64,000 bases of DNA. It comes from an uncultured Aestuariivita sp. Lineage in GTDB: Bacteria > Pseudomonadota > Alphaproteobacteria > Rhodobacterales > Rhodobacteraceae. The notes under the pieces are model-generated. The model was not told the origin of the DNA. It made no database searches and was given only the letters and a program-made list of their open reading frames with translations. The position numbers and the translations under genes were made by a program. The stretch lies in assembly GCA_964402685.1 (NCBI GenBank), contig CAYODE010000002.1, positions 10,014 through 74,013 on the forward strand, in the 5' to 3' direction. Below, one piece after another: positions 30,743 to 39,774 of the stretch. Numbering within the stretch: position 1 is the stretch's first letter; each line of letters starts with the position of its first letter.

Positions 30743-31644
30743 CCGAGGGATTACCCGTCACGATCATTTCCGGTTACTTGGGGGCTGGAAAAACCACATT
30801 GGTTAACCAAATGCTGAGGCAAGCCCCAGGTACAAAGATCGCGGTATTGGTCAATGAATTTGGCGAACTTCCGATCGACGAAGATCTGATCGAAGCGCGA
30901 GAGGACGATTTGATCTCTATCGCGGGCGGCTGCATTTGTTGTTCCTTCGGCAGCGATCTGATGGCGGCGTTGCAACAAATGTCGGACTTGACCCCCCGTC
31001 CCGATCACATCGTGATCGAAGCCTCGGGTGTCGCCCTTCCTGCTGCAATTGCACAGACAGTAGACTTGTTGCCGTTCTTGCGTGTGGAAGGCATCTGCGT
31101 GCTCGCCGACAGCTTAAATATCCGCAAAATGCTACGTGACGAATACATTGGCGATACGATCGAACGACAGCTGACGGATGCTGACCTTATCGTGCTGACA
31201 AAGGCCGATCTGGTGTCCGTCGAAACGTTGCGAGACATCACCGAATGGATGTCGCGCGAAAAGCCAAAGACCCCGATGATCACAGCGCAACACGGGATGG
31301 TCCCGAACGCTATTCTGCTAGGGACATTCCCGGCTAACCAAGATCGGATTGTGATGCCACATGCGGATTCGATGTACACAAGCGTCGTGCTCAAGTTCGA
31401 TGACCCCTGCGAAGCGACAACTTTGGCTCATAGGTTAAGCGATCCGTCGCTAGGTATCGTTCGCGCAAAGGGGTACCTGCCCGACGTATCGGGCCGCGCA
31501 GCTCTCATACAACTTGCTGGACAACGCTCTGAGGTCTCTTTTCCGACAGACACAGGTGCGATGGGCGTGATCTGCATTGGCTTGAAAAACAGGCTAAACG
31601 TCGAGGCCACTTTGCGATTGGCGACAGATCAACCGGCGATCTAG
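30739..31644 (+). CDS. COG0523/CobW family G3E GTPase metallochaperone
   Basis: GYLGAGKTT, VNEFG, GCICC, EASGVA, TKAD and RAKG; ATGA overlap with the amidohydrolase. Confidence 0.92.
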   Translation: MTEGLPVTIISGYLGAGKTTLVNQMLRQAPGTKIAVLVNEFGELPIDEDLIEAREDDLISIAGGCICCSFGSDLMAALQQMSDLTPRPDHIVIEASGVALPAAIAQTVDLLPFLRVEGICVLADSLNIRKMLRDEYIGDTIERQLTDADLIVLTKADLVSVETLRDITEWMSREKPKTPMITAQHGMVPNAILLGTFPANQDRIVMPHADSMYTSVVLKFDDPCEATTLAHRLSDPSLGIVRAKGYLPDVSGRAALIQLAGQRSEVSFPTDTGAMGVICIGLKNRLNVEATLRLATDQPAI

Positions 31645-31684
31645 CCGCACGAAGGAAGCTTGGAGCGTTTAGAGCTGCAAAATT

Positions 31685-32446
31685 CTATGTAGGCTGCCGT
31701 TCGGCCCAACCAGCAAACACCTTCTCCAGCGCGACCACAACGTAGTAGAGAACGATCCCCAAAAAGGCGAGTGCGATCAGCACGGCGAACATCAACGGGT
31801 AGTCAGAGTTTGTCTTACCGCTGTCGAACAACGCCCCAAGCCCACGGCCATGGGGCGAGACGATCTCCATCAGGTTTGTTCCGATAAATGCCAAGGTGAC
31901 AGCCACTTTGAGCGCCCCGAAGAATTCAGGCAGCGTTTTGGGCAGGGCGATCTTCCAGAAAATCGTCGCTTGGCTGGCACCGAGAGATCGCAGAATGTCG
32001 CGATATTCCGGCTCAAGCGTAGACAGACCAATCGAAACCGATACAGCGATTGGAAAGAACGAAATCATGAACGCAATCAGGATCGTGTTGAAGTCATGTG
32101 CGCCGACAAAGAGCAGCGCGACAATCGGCACAACTGTCGCCTTTGGAATGGCGTTGAACCCCACGAGCAGAGGGTAAAGTGCATCGCGCATTGTTCGGGA
32201 AAATCCCATGACCATGCCAACAAACACGCCGAACACAATGGCGATCAGCAGTCCGACCACGGTCCGCCACAGAGTTTGCCAACCCATGACCAAGAACAAC
32301 TCCCAGAACCGCGAATAAGCTGCTGGCAAGTCAGACGGCGATGCCATGATATAATTTGGCCAACCATTGGCCCAGACCAGAACCTCCCACAGGACAAGAA
32401 ATACGATCATCGCGATGATGGGAACGGCAACCTTGCGGGCGGTCAT
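31685..32446 (-). CDS. NitT/TauT family ABC permease
   Basis: Six TMs; IPKA, RSLGAS...FWKI.LP..LP and GLG. Confidence 0.93.
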   Translation of the reverse strand: MTARKVAVPIIAMIVFLVLWEVLVWANGWPNYIMASPSDLPAAYSRFWELFLVMGWQTLWRTVVGLLIAIVFGVFVGMVMGFSRTMRDALYPLLVGFNAIPKATVVPIVALLFVGAHDFNTILIAFMISFFPIAVSVSIGLSTLEPEYRDILRSLGASQATIFWKIALPKTLPEFFGALKVAVTLAFIGTNLMEIVSPHGRGLGALFDSGKTNSDYPLMFAVLIALAFLGIVLYYVVVALEKVFAGWAERQPT

Positions 32447-33243
32447 GCCTGAACCTCTTCCGCCGGGGCACGACCTTGAGCAATCTCGATCTGATGGCGC
32501 AGGATATTCAGCCTTTCAGACGCTTCGGGAGTGTAAAGGTCGTCCAACTCCGGCAAACCATCGCGAGGAATATCCATCACGTACTGCGTTTTCGCGGGCC
32601 GCCCTGACAACACCACGACCTGATCCGCCAGAAAAATGGATTCGCGAAGATCATGTGTAATCAGAACGCCGGTGAAGGGCTCTTCGGCTTTGAGTCTGTG
32701 CATGGTTTGCCACAGGTCTTCACGGGTGAAGGCATCAAGCGCACCAAAGGGTTCGTCCAGGATCAGCACCTCGGGCTTGTGAATGAGAGAACGACACAGA
32801 GAAGCCCGTTGGCGCATACCACCAGACAGTTCAGAGGGTCTTTTGTCTTCGAACCCTTTCAGACCAACGAGATCAAGCAGATGACGGGCACGGTCTTCCT
32901 GCTCGGTTTTCGACATTTTCGTGGGCACGATTTCTAAAGGCAGCATCACGTTTTTCAGGATCGTGCGCCATTCCAAAAGCACAGGATTTTGAAACGCCAT
33001 ACCGACGGTAGATCTGGGCGATTTCACGCGTTCACCGTGCAGCCAAACCTCGCCCGTGTCCGGCTTCATCAGCCCGGCAATCAGCCGGGTCAGTGTGGAT
33101 TTTCCGCAGCCTGAGGGCCCGACAACGGCGACGAACCCGCCTTCTGGCACGGACACGTTCAGCCCGTTCAGAACCGGCAAAGGTCCTGCGTCCGTTGCGT
33201 AAGCATGGTGGACGTCTTTTATGTCGATTAGCGCATCAGTCAT
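32443..33243 (-). CDS. NitT/TauT family ABC ATP-binding protein
   Basis: GPSGCGKS, LSGGMRQR, DEPFGALD and ITHD. Confidence 0.95.
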   Translation of the reverse strand: MTDALIDIKDVHHAYATDAGPLPVLNGLNVSVPEGGFVAVVGPSGCGKSTLTRLIAGLMKPDTGEVWLHGERVKSPRSTVGMAFQNPVLLEWRTILKNVMLPLEIVPTKMSKTEQEDRARHLLDLVGLKGFEDKRPSELSGGMRQRASLCRSLIHKPEVLILDEPFGALDAFTREDLWQTMHRLKAEEPFTGVLITHDLRESIFLADQVVVLSGRPAKTQYVMDIPRDGLPELDDLYTPEASERLNILRHQIEIAQGRAPAEEVQA

Positions 33244-33252
33244 GGGGAAAAG

Positions 33253-33282
33253 AGACGCGGGCCGTTAGACCGGCCCGCGTCT
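33253..33282 (-). terminator. Perfect 12-bp stem-loop between SBP and ATPase genes
   Basis: AGACGCGGGCCG-N6-CGGCCCGCGTCT followed on the minus strand by CTTTT. Confidence 0.65.
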
Positions 33283-33287
33283 ACAAC

Positions 33288-34289
33288 TCAGTTCAGCTTG
33301 AAGCCACCCTCCGGCAGGTAGGCATCCGTGAAGTATAGCGAGGCGTCGGGCTCGTTCTGGAACTCATAGGTCTCACCCAGCTGCGCAATTGCCTGCTCCA
33401 TGCGCGCCGCATCAATGCCGCCCATGCCATTGGCCGTGACGTAGTCGGTGACAACGTTCTGGTCGATGGCCATTTGCAAACGTTCCTGTTCCAAGGCTTT
33501 GTCGGCTGCCGGGTTGCGCTCGACAAGCGACTCGATGCCAGCCGCCGGATTGTCGATCACGTCTTGCCAACCTGCAGCAACGGCACGCAAGAACGCGCGA
33601 ATAGTGTCCCCATTCTCAGCCGCCCAGTCGGTATTCACGAGGATCGCGTTACCATAAAGCTGGAGCCCATGATCCGCCATCAGGATGTTCGAGATATCGT
33701 CATCCGCCACACCGAGCCGCTTGAGATTCACAACGGACGAGAATGAGAAGCCGGTGATCGCGTCGACATTTCCTTCGGCCAGCATCGGTTCACGCGTCGG
33801 GAAGCCTACCGGCTCTACCGTTACAGCAGACGGGTCGATGCCTGTTTCTTTGGCAAAGACAGGGAACTGCGCCCAAGCGCCATCTGGCGGGGGTGCACCA
33901 AGGATCTTGCCTTCAAGATCTTTGGGTTCAGAGATGCCTTGGCTTTTGCGTCCAACAATGGCGAAAGGCGGCTTATCATACACCATCATAACGGCCGTAA
34001 CCGGCGCACCAGGATTCTGGTCGAGGAACTTGATCACAGAATTGATATCGCCAAAACCAATCGGGAACGCGCCAGTGGCGATCTTTGGGATCGTTTGAAC
34101 CGAGCCAGAGCCCGCTTCGATCGTGACCGACAACCCTTCTTCAGCAAAGTGGCCATTGTCGATGGCGGCAAAATACGCGGCCGAGGGGCCTTCGAATTTC
34201 CAGTCGAGGGCGAAAGGCACCTCTGTCTGGGCGCTGGCGACCGTCGCGGCGGCGAGGCCGGCGGCTATTGCAATCGCGCGATGAAACAT
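33288..34289 (-). CDS. NMT1/THI5-like ABC substrate-binding protein
   Basis: Signal peptide; LDWKFEG, G.GS, DLEGK.LG and LYGN. SD AGGAGG lies upstream of ATG 34289. Confidence 0.9.
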   Translation of the reverse strand: MFHRAIAIAAGLAAATVASAQTEVPFALDWKFEGPSAAYFAAIDNGHFAEEGLSVTIEAGSGSVQTIPKIATGAFPIGFGDINSVIKFLDQNPGAPVTAVMMVYDKPPFAIVGRKSQGISEPKDLEGKILGAPPPDGAWAQFPVFAKETGIDPSAVTVEPVGFPTREPMLAEGNVDAITGFSFSSVVNLKRLGVADDDISNILMADHGLQLYGNAILVNTDWAAENGDTIRAFLRAVAAGWQDVIDNPAAGIESLVERNPAADKALEQERLQMAIDQNVVTDYVTANGMGGIDAARMEQAIAQLGETYEFQNEPDASLYFTDAYLPEGGFKLN

Positions 34290-34429
34290 GGGCAGCATCC
34301 TCCTGTTGGTGGTGTTTCGTTCAGCCGAACACCTTCTCGTCCCGGCGGCGTGAATAGGCCAGCACATGCCTCCTCGCTGCTGTGACGCCATGCAGCTTTG
34401 CCTAACTACGAAGCAAGAGACAAGTGAAA

Positions 34430-34446
34430 TGCCTGCTTTTTGAGCA
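34430..34446. promoter_or_regulatory. Possible NtrC-like box upstream of the NitT-type SBP
   Basis: TGCCTGCTTTTTGAGCA (TGC-N11-GCA with a T-tract) resembles NtrC sites; single copy only. Confidence 0.3.
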
Positions 34447-34602
34447 CAGCGGATGCGAGGATCTTGTGGAGCAAGGCAGCTCGTCTACTAGGTGCGTCTG
34501 AGGCTCCGAATTAACCCCGACATGGAAGCAGGTATCGATCCTTGACGTTTGCCGGATGATCGCGTCGTGTTCATGCTCAGGGATTAATGAAGCGAGGGTC
34601 GC

Positions 34603-35637
34603 ATGCGCGCCGCGGTGGTCAGGAGTTTTAATGAGGACTTATCGATCGAGTCCGTGCCGGATCCAACCTGCCCCAGCAATGGCGTTGTGCTCAAAGTAGA
34701 AGCCTGCGGCGTTTGCCGATCAGACTTTCATGGATGGGTCGGGGAACATCCTCGCGTCATATCCGGGTCTATTTTGGGGCACGAGTACTGCGGGACGGTA
34801 GTGGAGGTAGGGGCGCAAGCAACCCACACGGTCGGAGATCGTTTAATCGCACCATTCATCCTAGCTTGCGGCGCCTGCCCGGCCTGTTACTCGGGTGTTT
34901 CCAACACCTGCGAGCACCAGATCGTTCCTGGCTTTGGAACACCCGGAGCTTATGCCGAATATGTGGCCGTCCCTTTCGACCATAACCTGGTGCACCTGCC
35001 GGACACGATGACGCCCGCCTTGGCAGCTGGCCTTGGATGCCGCGTGACAACCGCGTGGCACGCGTTGACGGACCGAGCCAATGTCAAAGCCGGTGAATGG
35101 GTGGCCATTCACGGCACCGGTGGGATCGGCTTGGCAGCGTTGCTTTTGTCCAAGATGTTGGGTGCCCGCGTAGTGGTAGTCGATATCGTTAAAGACAAGC
35201 TGCAGCACGCAACAGATTTAGGCGCAGATGCTGCCGTGAATGCTGCGGAGACGGATGCAGCAGCGGCCATCAGAGATATCACCGGTGGCGGCGCAGATGT
35301 CTCCATCGAGGCGCTTGGCATCGAAGCGACCACCAACGCTTCTGTCGAATGTCTGGGCACGCTGGGACGCCATGTGCACGTGGGCATGCCAGCTGGTGAC
35401 GGCGTGATGCAGATAAACATGAGGGCCATTTACTCCAAGCAACTGTCGTTCTTCGGCACGCGAGGCATGCCCTCGTGGAAATACCCTAGCTTGCTGAGCA
35501 TGATTGAACGAGGAGACGTTGATATTAGTCCAATGGTTGCGAGAGAGGTGACGTTGTCTGGAGCAAGCGCAGAACTACGCGCGATGCACGGACCAACCGC
35601 ACCGGGCACGGCGGTCATTACGAATTTTAAGTCCTAA
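34603..35637 (+). CDS. Zinc-dependent alcohol dehydrogenase (MDR family)
   Basis: CGVCRSD, GHEYCG, structural Zn site C..C..C.......C and GTGGIG. Confidence 0.94.
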   Translation: MRAAVVRSFNEDLSIESVPDPTCPSNGVVLKVEACGVCRSDFHGWVGEHPRVISGSILGHEYCGTVVEVGAQATHTVGDRLIAPFILACGACPACYSGVSNTCEHQIVPGFGTPGAYAEYVAVPFDHNLVHLPDTMTPALAAGLGCRVTTAWHALTDRANVKAGEWVAIHGTGGIGLAALLLSKMLGARVVVVDIVKDKLQHATDLGADAAVNAAETDAAAAIRDITGGGADVSIEALGIEATTNASVECLGTLGRHVHVGMPAGDGVMQINMRAIYSKQLSFFGTRGMPSWKYPSLLSMIERGDVDISPMVAREVTLSGASAELRAMHGPTAPGTAVITNFKS

Positions 35638-35691
35638 GAGACCGCGATTTCTGGTGACTTATGAAAGACAAAGGACAATAGGGCCGGACTA

Positions 35692-36489
35692 ATGAAACAA
35701 ACCCAGGACTTTCAGGCTGAGGCCCACGCGTTGGCGACGCTTTTGGTAGATTTGTCGGCTGCTGACTGGACCCGCATGACGCAGTTTAAGAACTGGACCG
35801 TCAACGATGTCATGGTGCATTTGCATTTTTGGAACATGGCGGCTGATATGTCCTACACGGATCCAGATCGCTTTGCCGCGCTAATGGCAGAGGCACTGCC
35901 CGCATTCAAAGATCAGGGTATGCGCGCCTTTGAAAACGCCCAAGTTCTGGAAAGAGGCCATGAGCTCTTTTCAGCATGGTTTGAGCTGGTCGATGACATG
36001 GCCAACCGCTGGGAGAACGTCGACGGCAAAACACGCCTCGCATGGGCCGGGCCAGATATGTCCGCGCAATCGATGATGACCGCGCGGCAAATGGAAACCT
36101 GGGCGCATGGACAAGAGATCTTTGATCTTTTCGGACGGGAACAGCCGCAGGACGACCGGCTTCAGAACATCGTTTTCTTGGGTGTAAATACATTTGGCTG
36201 GTCGCATCAAGTGCATGCCCAACCGGTACCGGAAACCCTGCCGGAACTGCGCTTGACAGCACCTTCGGGTGAGATTTGGTCGTATGGTGCGGCAGAGTCC
36301 GGCGAGTTGATCGAAGGTGACGCCGTCGAGTTCGCGCAGGTTGTCACTCAGACCCGAAACATTGCTGACACCTCCTTGTCCGTCGTGGGGCCGGTCGCAA
36401 CACATTGGATGCGTATTGCCCAGTGTTTCGCAGGTCCACCGGAAACGCCTCCTGAGAAGGGCGCGCGGTTCCGGGTTTCCGCAGGATAA
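35692..36489 (+). CDS. TIGR03084-like DinB/MDMPI metal-binding protein
   Basis: T.FK.WTV.D...HL, W.GP.MS...TAR.METWAHGQ, P.G..W..G, F..VVTQTR and AQ.FAGPP. Confidence 0.85.
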   Translation: MKQTQDFQAEAHALATLLVDLSAADWTRMTQFKNWTVNDVMVHLHFWNMAADMSYTDPDRFAALMAEALPAFKDQGMRAFENAQVLERGHELFSAWFELVDDMANRWENVDGKTRLAWAGPDMSAQSMMTARQMETWAHGQEIFDLFGREQPQDDRLQNIVFLGVNTFGWSHQVHAQPVPETLPELRLTAPSGEIWSYGAAESGELIEGDAVEFAQVVTQTRNIADTSLSVVGPVATHWMRIAQCFAGPPETPPEKGARFRVSAG

Positions 36490-36539
36490 TTTAGGCTAAA
36501 TCGATCAGATCCTGATCGCCCTACGTTTTTTTGCGCGGC

Positions 36540-36899
36540 AGGATCGCGGGGTGGCCAGAGTCTAGTCGAGGTGACGCTTCCCCCCAGCCACCGTGCCGTT
36601 CGCCGCATTGATCGTCGACGAGATCGCTTGCCCCTCCGCGAGGAGGTGAAAGGGATGTGCGAAATCCCCGGCCTCGACCCACTGTATCTGGCCAATGAGG
36701 GCACGCTCGTCTTGTTTGTTCCGACAGATCAAGCAGACATTGCTTGGCAAGCGATGCGCGCCACGCCAAAGGGTCAAAACGCCTGTGAGTTTGGCAACGC
36801 AGAGCCCGACCAAGCGAAAAAGGTGTGATGGGTACGCGATTTGGTGGCAGGGATATCGTCGACATTCTGGTGGAGCAACAACTGCCGCCAATTTGCTAT
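36540..36899 (+). pseudogene. hypE: Frameshifted C-terminal remnant of hydrogenase maturation factor HypE
   Basis: LIVDEI / LPLREEVKGMCEIPGLDPLYLANEGTLVLFVP...AMRA.P.G / MGTRFGGRDIVDILVEQQLPPIC, split over different frames. This matches the HypE C-terminus (GLDPLY.ANEG ... GEQLPRIC). No start or N-terminal part is present; the left boundary is approximate. Confidence 0.88.
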
Positions 36900-37050
36900 C
36901 AGCGCCCAAACCGGAATGCTCTGAAGCGCCACATCGCGCGGGATTGGGTCATAAAGTGTTTGTTCGGGGCGTATTTTACGCGCCACACGCGCACTACTTT
37001 TTACAAACCGCACACTTGACGGGCTGATTTTCGGCGCCAATGCTCAAAAC

Positions 37051-37431
37051 ATGAGCAGTTTAAAAACACTTCTTTTGGCAGGAGTGATCCTGCCCCTGAG
37101 CGCGCCGGTCTTCGCGTCCGGTCCTCTTCATTATGTCTTTGCTGAGTGTGTGGGTCGATTTTCGGCAGAGATGGAGCATGCCTGGCTTGTGGGAGATACC
37201 GAAGCCGATGCCTATCAAGATCGCAGGCACACGTTCATCGCATTGATGGAAGCCACCATGCCAACCGAGGCCGCGCGAGATGTTTTGGCGTATCGCATTG
37301 ACAACAAAATAGCCCACGCAGCGTTGTTGACGGCAGCCAGTTTTGGTCAGGACGAGCAGCGCTCACGGAGGGCAAAGATCATCGCCCAGTCCTATCGCAT
37401 GAGTTGCGAGCGATTACTTCTCGACAGCTGA
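37051..37431 (+). CDS. Hypothetical secreted protein
   Basis: 126 aa with signal peptide (PVFA), a pair of Cys (FAECVGRFSAEMEHAW ... MSCERLL) and plausible codon usage. Confidence 0.7.
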   Translation: MSSLKTLLLAGVILPLSAPVFASGPLHYVFAECVGRFSAEMEHAWLVGDTEADAYQDRRHTFIALMEATMPTEAARDVLAYRIDNKIAHAALLTAASFGQDEQRSRRAKIIAQSYRMSCERLLLDS

Positions 37432-37674
37432 CGTCCCAAAACCCAGCATTATCCGCGTCGCACCGGCGAACAGATTGTTTGACGAATTGTCTTGACCAAT
37501 CGTCTGTGTATCTGAACTGTCATTTTCATGGTTCGAGTATCTGCATCAAAACCCAAGACGGTCTTTCAAAACGCCACAATGCGGCGGTCGACGGGGTGCG
37601 ATCTGGTCACCTGACCCGCAGGGCAACGCGCACACGCTTCGTGAACGTATTGACCTGCAACGGACCTTCTCAAA

Positions 37675-39774
37675 ATGACGACACAACACGGCTATCGCTT
37701 GGCAAGCGATATTGGCGGAACCTTCACCGATACTGTCTTGATGTCCCCGGAGGCCCGGATTGTGGCTACGGCCAAAACGCCAACCACCCCGGATCACCCG
37801 GTTTTGGGCGCCTTGGATGGCGCCAAGGCCGTTCTCAAACAAAGCGGCGTCGGATGGGAAAACGTTGCCGGCAAAATCCACGGCACAACGCTGGCGACCA
37901 ACGCACTGATTGAGCGCCGTGGTGCGAGGGTCGTTACGATTACAACGGACGGGTTCCGCGATATTCTTGAGATCGCCTATGAGAGGCGATACCGACAATA
38001 CGCGATTGATCTGGTCAAACCGGATCTGATTGTCCCTCGCGAGCATGCCTTTACAATTGGCGGAAGGATCAATGCGGCAGGGCAAGAGATCACGCCACTT
38101 AATACCGACAGTGTTCCTGAGCTGGTGACAAAACTACGGGAAGAAAAGGCTGAAGCGGTCGCCATCTGTCTGTTGCATGCCTACGCCAACCCGACGCATG
38201 AGCTTTTGCTGCGGCGCCTTTTGTCAGAAGCACTACCAGAACTCACCGTGTCGTTAAGCCACGAAGTGAGCCCAGAGGCCCGCGAATTTGACCGGCTGTG
38301 CACCACGATCGCGAACGCGTATATCCAACCCCTTATGGCCGGTTATCTGAAAGACTTTGAAACCCGCTTTAAAGCAGAAGGCCTCTCTTGCGGTATTTTG
38401 ATGATGACAGCGGGCGGTGGCATGACAACGATCGAGACGGCTTCGAAACTGCCAATCCGTTTAGTTGAATCTGGCCCGGCAGGAGGCGCCATATTGGCGG
38501 CGCGTCTGGCCGCCGAATCCCAGCAAAACGAAGTGTTGTCTTTTGATATGGGCGGCACAACGTCGAAGCTGTGCCTGATCGATGAATACCGCCCGCAAAC
38601 TGCACGCAAATTCGAAATTTCGCGCGCAGAGCGGTTCGTGAAAGGGTCGGGCATGCCCGTGCGCATTCCCGTTGTGGAGTTGATCGAAATCGGGGCTGGC
38701 GGTGGTTCCATTGCTCGGGTCGATCCAATGTTACAGATCAAAGTTGGCCCGCAAAGCGCAGGGGCCGAACCAGGCCCCGCTGCGTTTTGCAAGGGCGGAA
38801 CACAGGCCACCGTGACCGACGCAGACATTGCGCAAGGTTTCATCGTACCCGAACACTTTGCCGAGGGGCGACTAAAGATCGACGTTGCCAAAGCTGACGC
38901 AGCTCTGGTTGGCGATATCGGGCGGCATTTCGGATTTAACGCTGCGATGTCAGGACACGCCGTCAGCGAGTTCGTCGATGAAAACATGGCCAGCGCAGGC
39001 CGTATGCATGCGGTCGAGTCGGGCAAAGACCTCGCGCAGCGGTTGATGATCGTATTCGGCGGCAACGGACCCTTGCACGCAACGCGCGTCGCTAGACGCG
39101 CGCAAGTCGAAAGGATTCTTGTGCCGCCTGACCCAGGTGTTGGTTCTGCCGTGGGCTTTCTATATGCACCGGTTTCTTTCGAGCTCATCCGCTCCCGTTA
39201 TACGACACTGGAAACGCTGGACGTTGGGCATATAAACGCGCTCTTCCAAGACATGGCATCCGAGGCCGAAGAGGTTGTACGCGCAGGCGCACCCACTGCA
39301 TCCCTCTCTCATCGCCGGGTGGCGTTTATGCGATACCATGGTCAAGGCCACGAGATCGAAGTTGCCCTTCCCGACCGGGATTTGCGATCTGAGGACCTGT
39401 CCAGCATGCAATCCGCCTTTGAACGCGAATACAGCAGGCAGTTTAGCCGAACAGTGCCTGGCATGCGGATCGAAATCCTGAATTGGGGGCTGTCGGTATC
39501 TTCGCCATCACCAGAGTTAGAACAAGGCAGCACGCACCCAAGGACCCGCGAGATACATCCCCAAGTGTTTACAGACATCACCTGTGACGTCACCGGGCAA
39601 ACCGTCAGTGCCGGCCTGTTTGTACGTGGAGAACTGGCTGCCGGGGACGCGGTTTCCGGTCCAGCGTTGATTATCGAACCTCAGACAACAACACTTGTGA
39701 GTGCTGATTTCCGCGCCGAAGTGGATACCCAGAGAAACATCTGGATGAGCCGAAAAACGGAGGAGCGTCCATGA
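37675..39774 (+). CDS. Hydantoinase A / 5-oxoprolinase family ATP-binding subunit
   Basis: DIGGTFTD, HGTTLATNA, ESGPAGG, DMGGTT, IGAGGGSI, SAGAEPGP and FGGNGPLHA. Confidence 0.95.
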   Translation: MTTQHGYRLASDIGGTFTDTVLMSPEARIVATAKTPTTPDHPVLGALDGAKAVLKQSGVGWENVAGKIHGTTLATNALIERRGARVVTITTDGFRDILEIAYERRYRQYAIDLVKPDLIVPREHAFTIGGRINAAGQEITPLNTDSVPELVTKLREEKAEAVAICLLHAYANPTHELLLRRLLSEALPELTVSLSHEVSPEAREFDRLCTTIANAYIQPLMAGYLKDFETRFKAEGLSCGILMMTAGGGMTTIETASKLPIRLVESGPAGGAILAARLAAESQQNEVLSFDMGGTTSKLCLIDEYRPQTARKFEISRAERFVKGSGMPVRIPVVELIEIGAGGGSIARVDPMLQIKVGPQSAGAEPGPAAFCKGGTQATVTDADIAQGFIVPEHFAEGRLKIDVAKADAALVGDIGRHFGFNAAMSGHAVSEFVDENMASAGRMHAVESGKDLAQRLMIVFGGNGPLHATRVARRAQVERILVPPDPGVGSAVGFLYAPVSFELIRSRYTTLETLDVGHINALFQDMASEAEEVVRAGAPTASLSHRRVAFMRYHGQGHEIEVALPDRDLRSEDLSSMQSAFEREYSRQFSRTVPGMRIEILNWGLSVSSPSPELEQGSTHPRTREIHPQVFTDITCDVTGQTVSAGLFVRGELAAGDAVSGPALIIEPQTTTLVSADFRAEVDTQRNIWMSRKTEERP

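Noticed and set aside
12130-37498. Shared GAACAGATTG and ATTGTCTTGACCA upstream of the DUF995-like gene (12130-12172) and the hydantoinase operon (37468-37498)
   Set aside because: The spacing differs (20 vs 8 nt), the core contains the common CTTGAC -35 consensus, and the downstream genes are unrelated.
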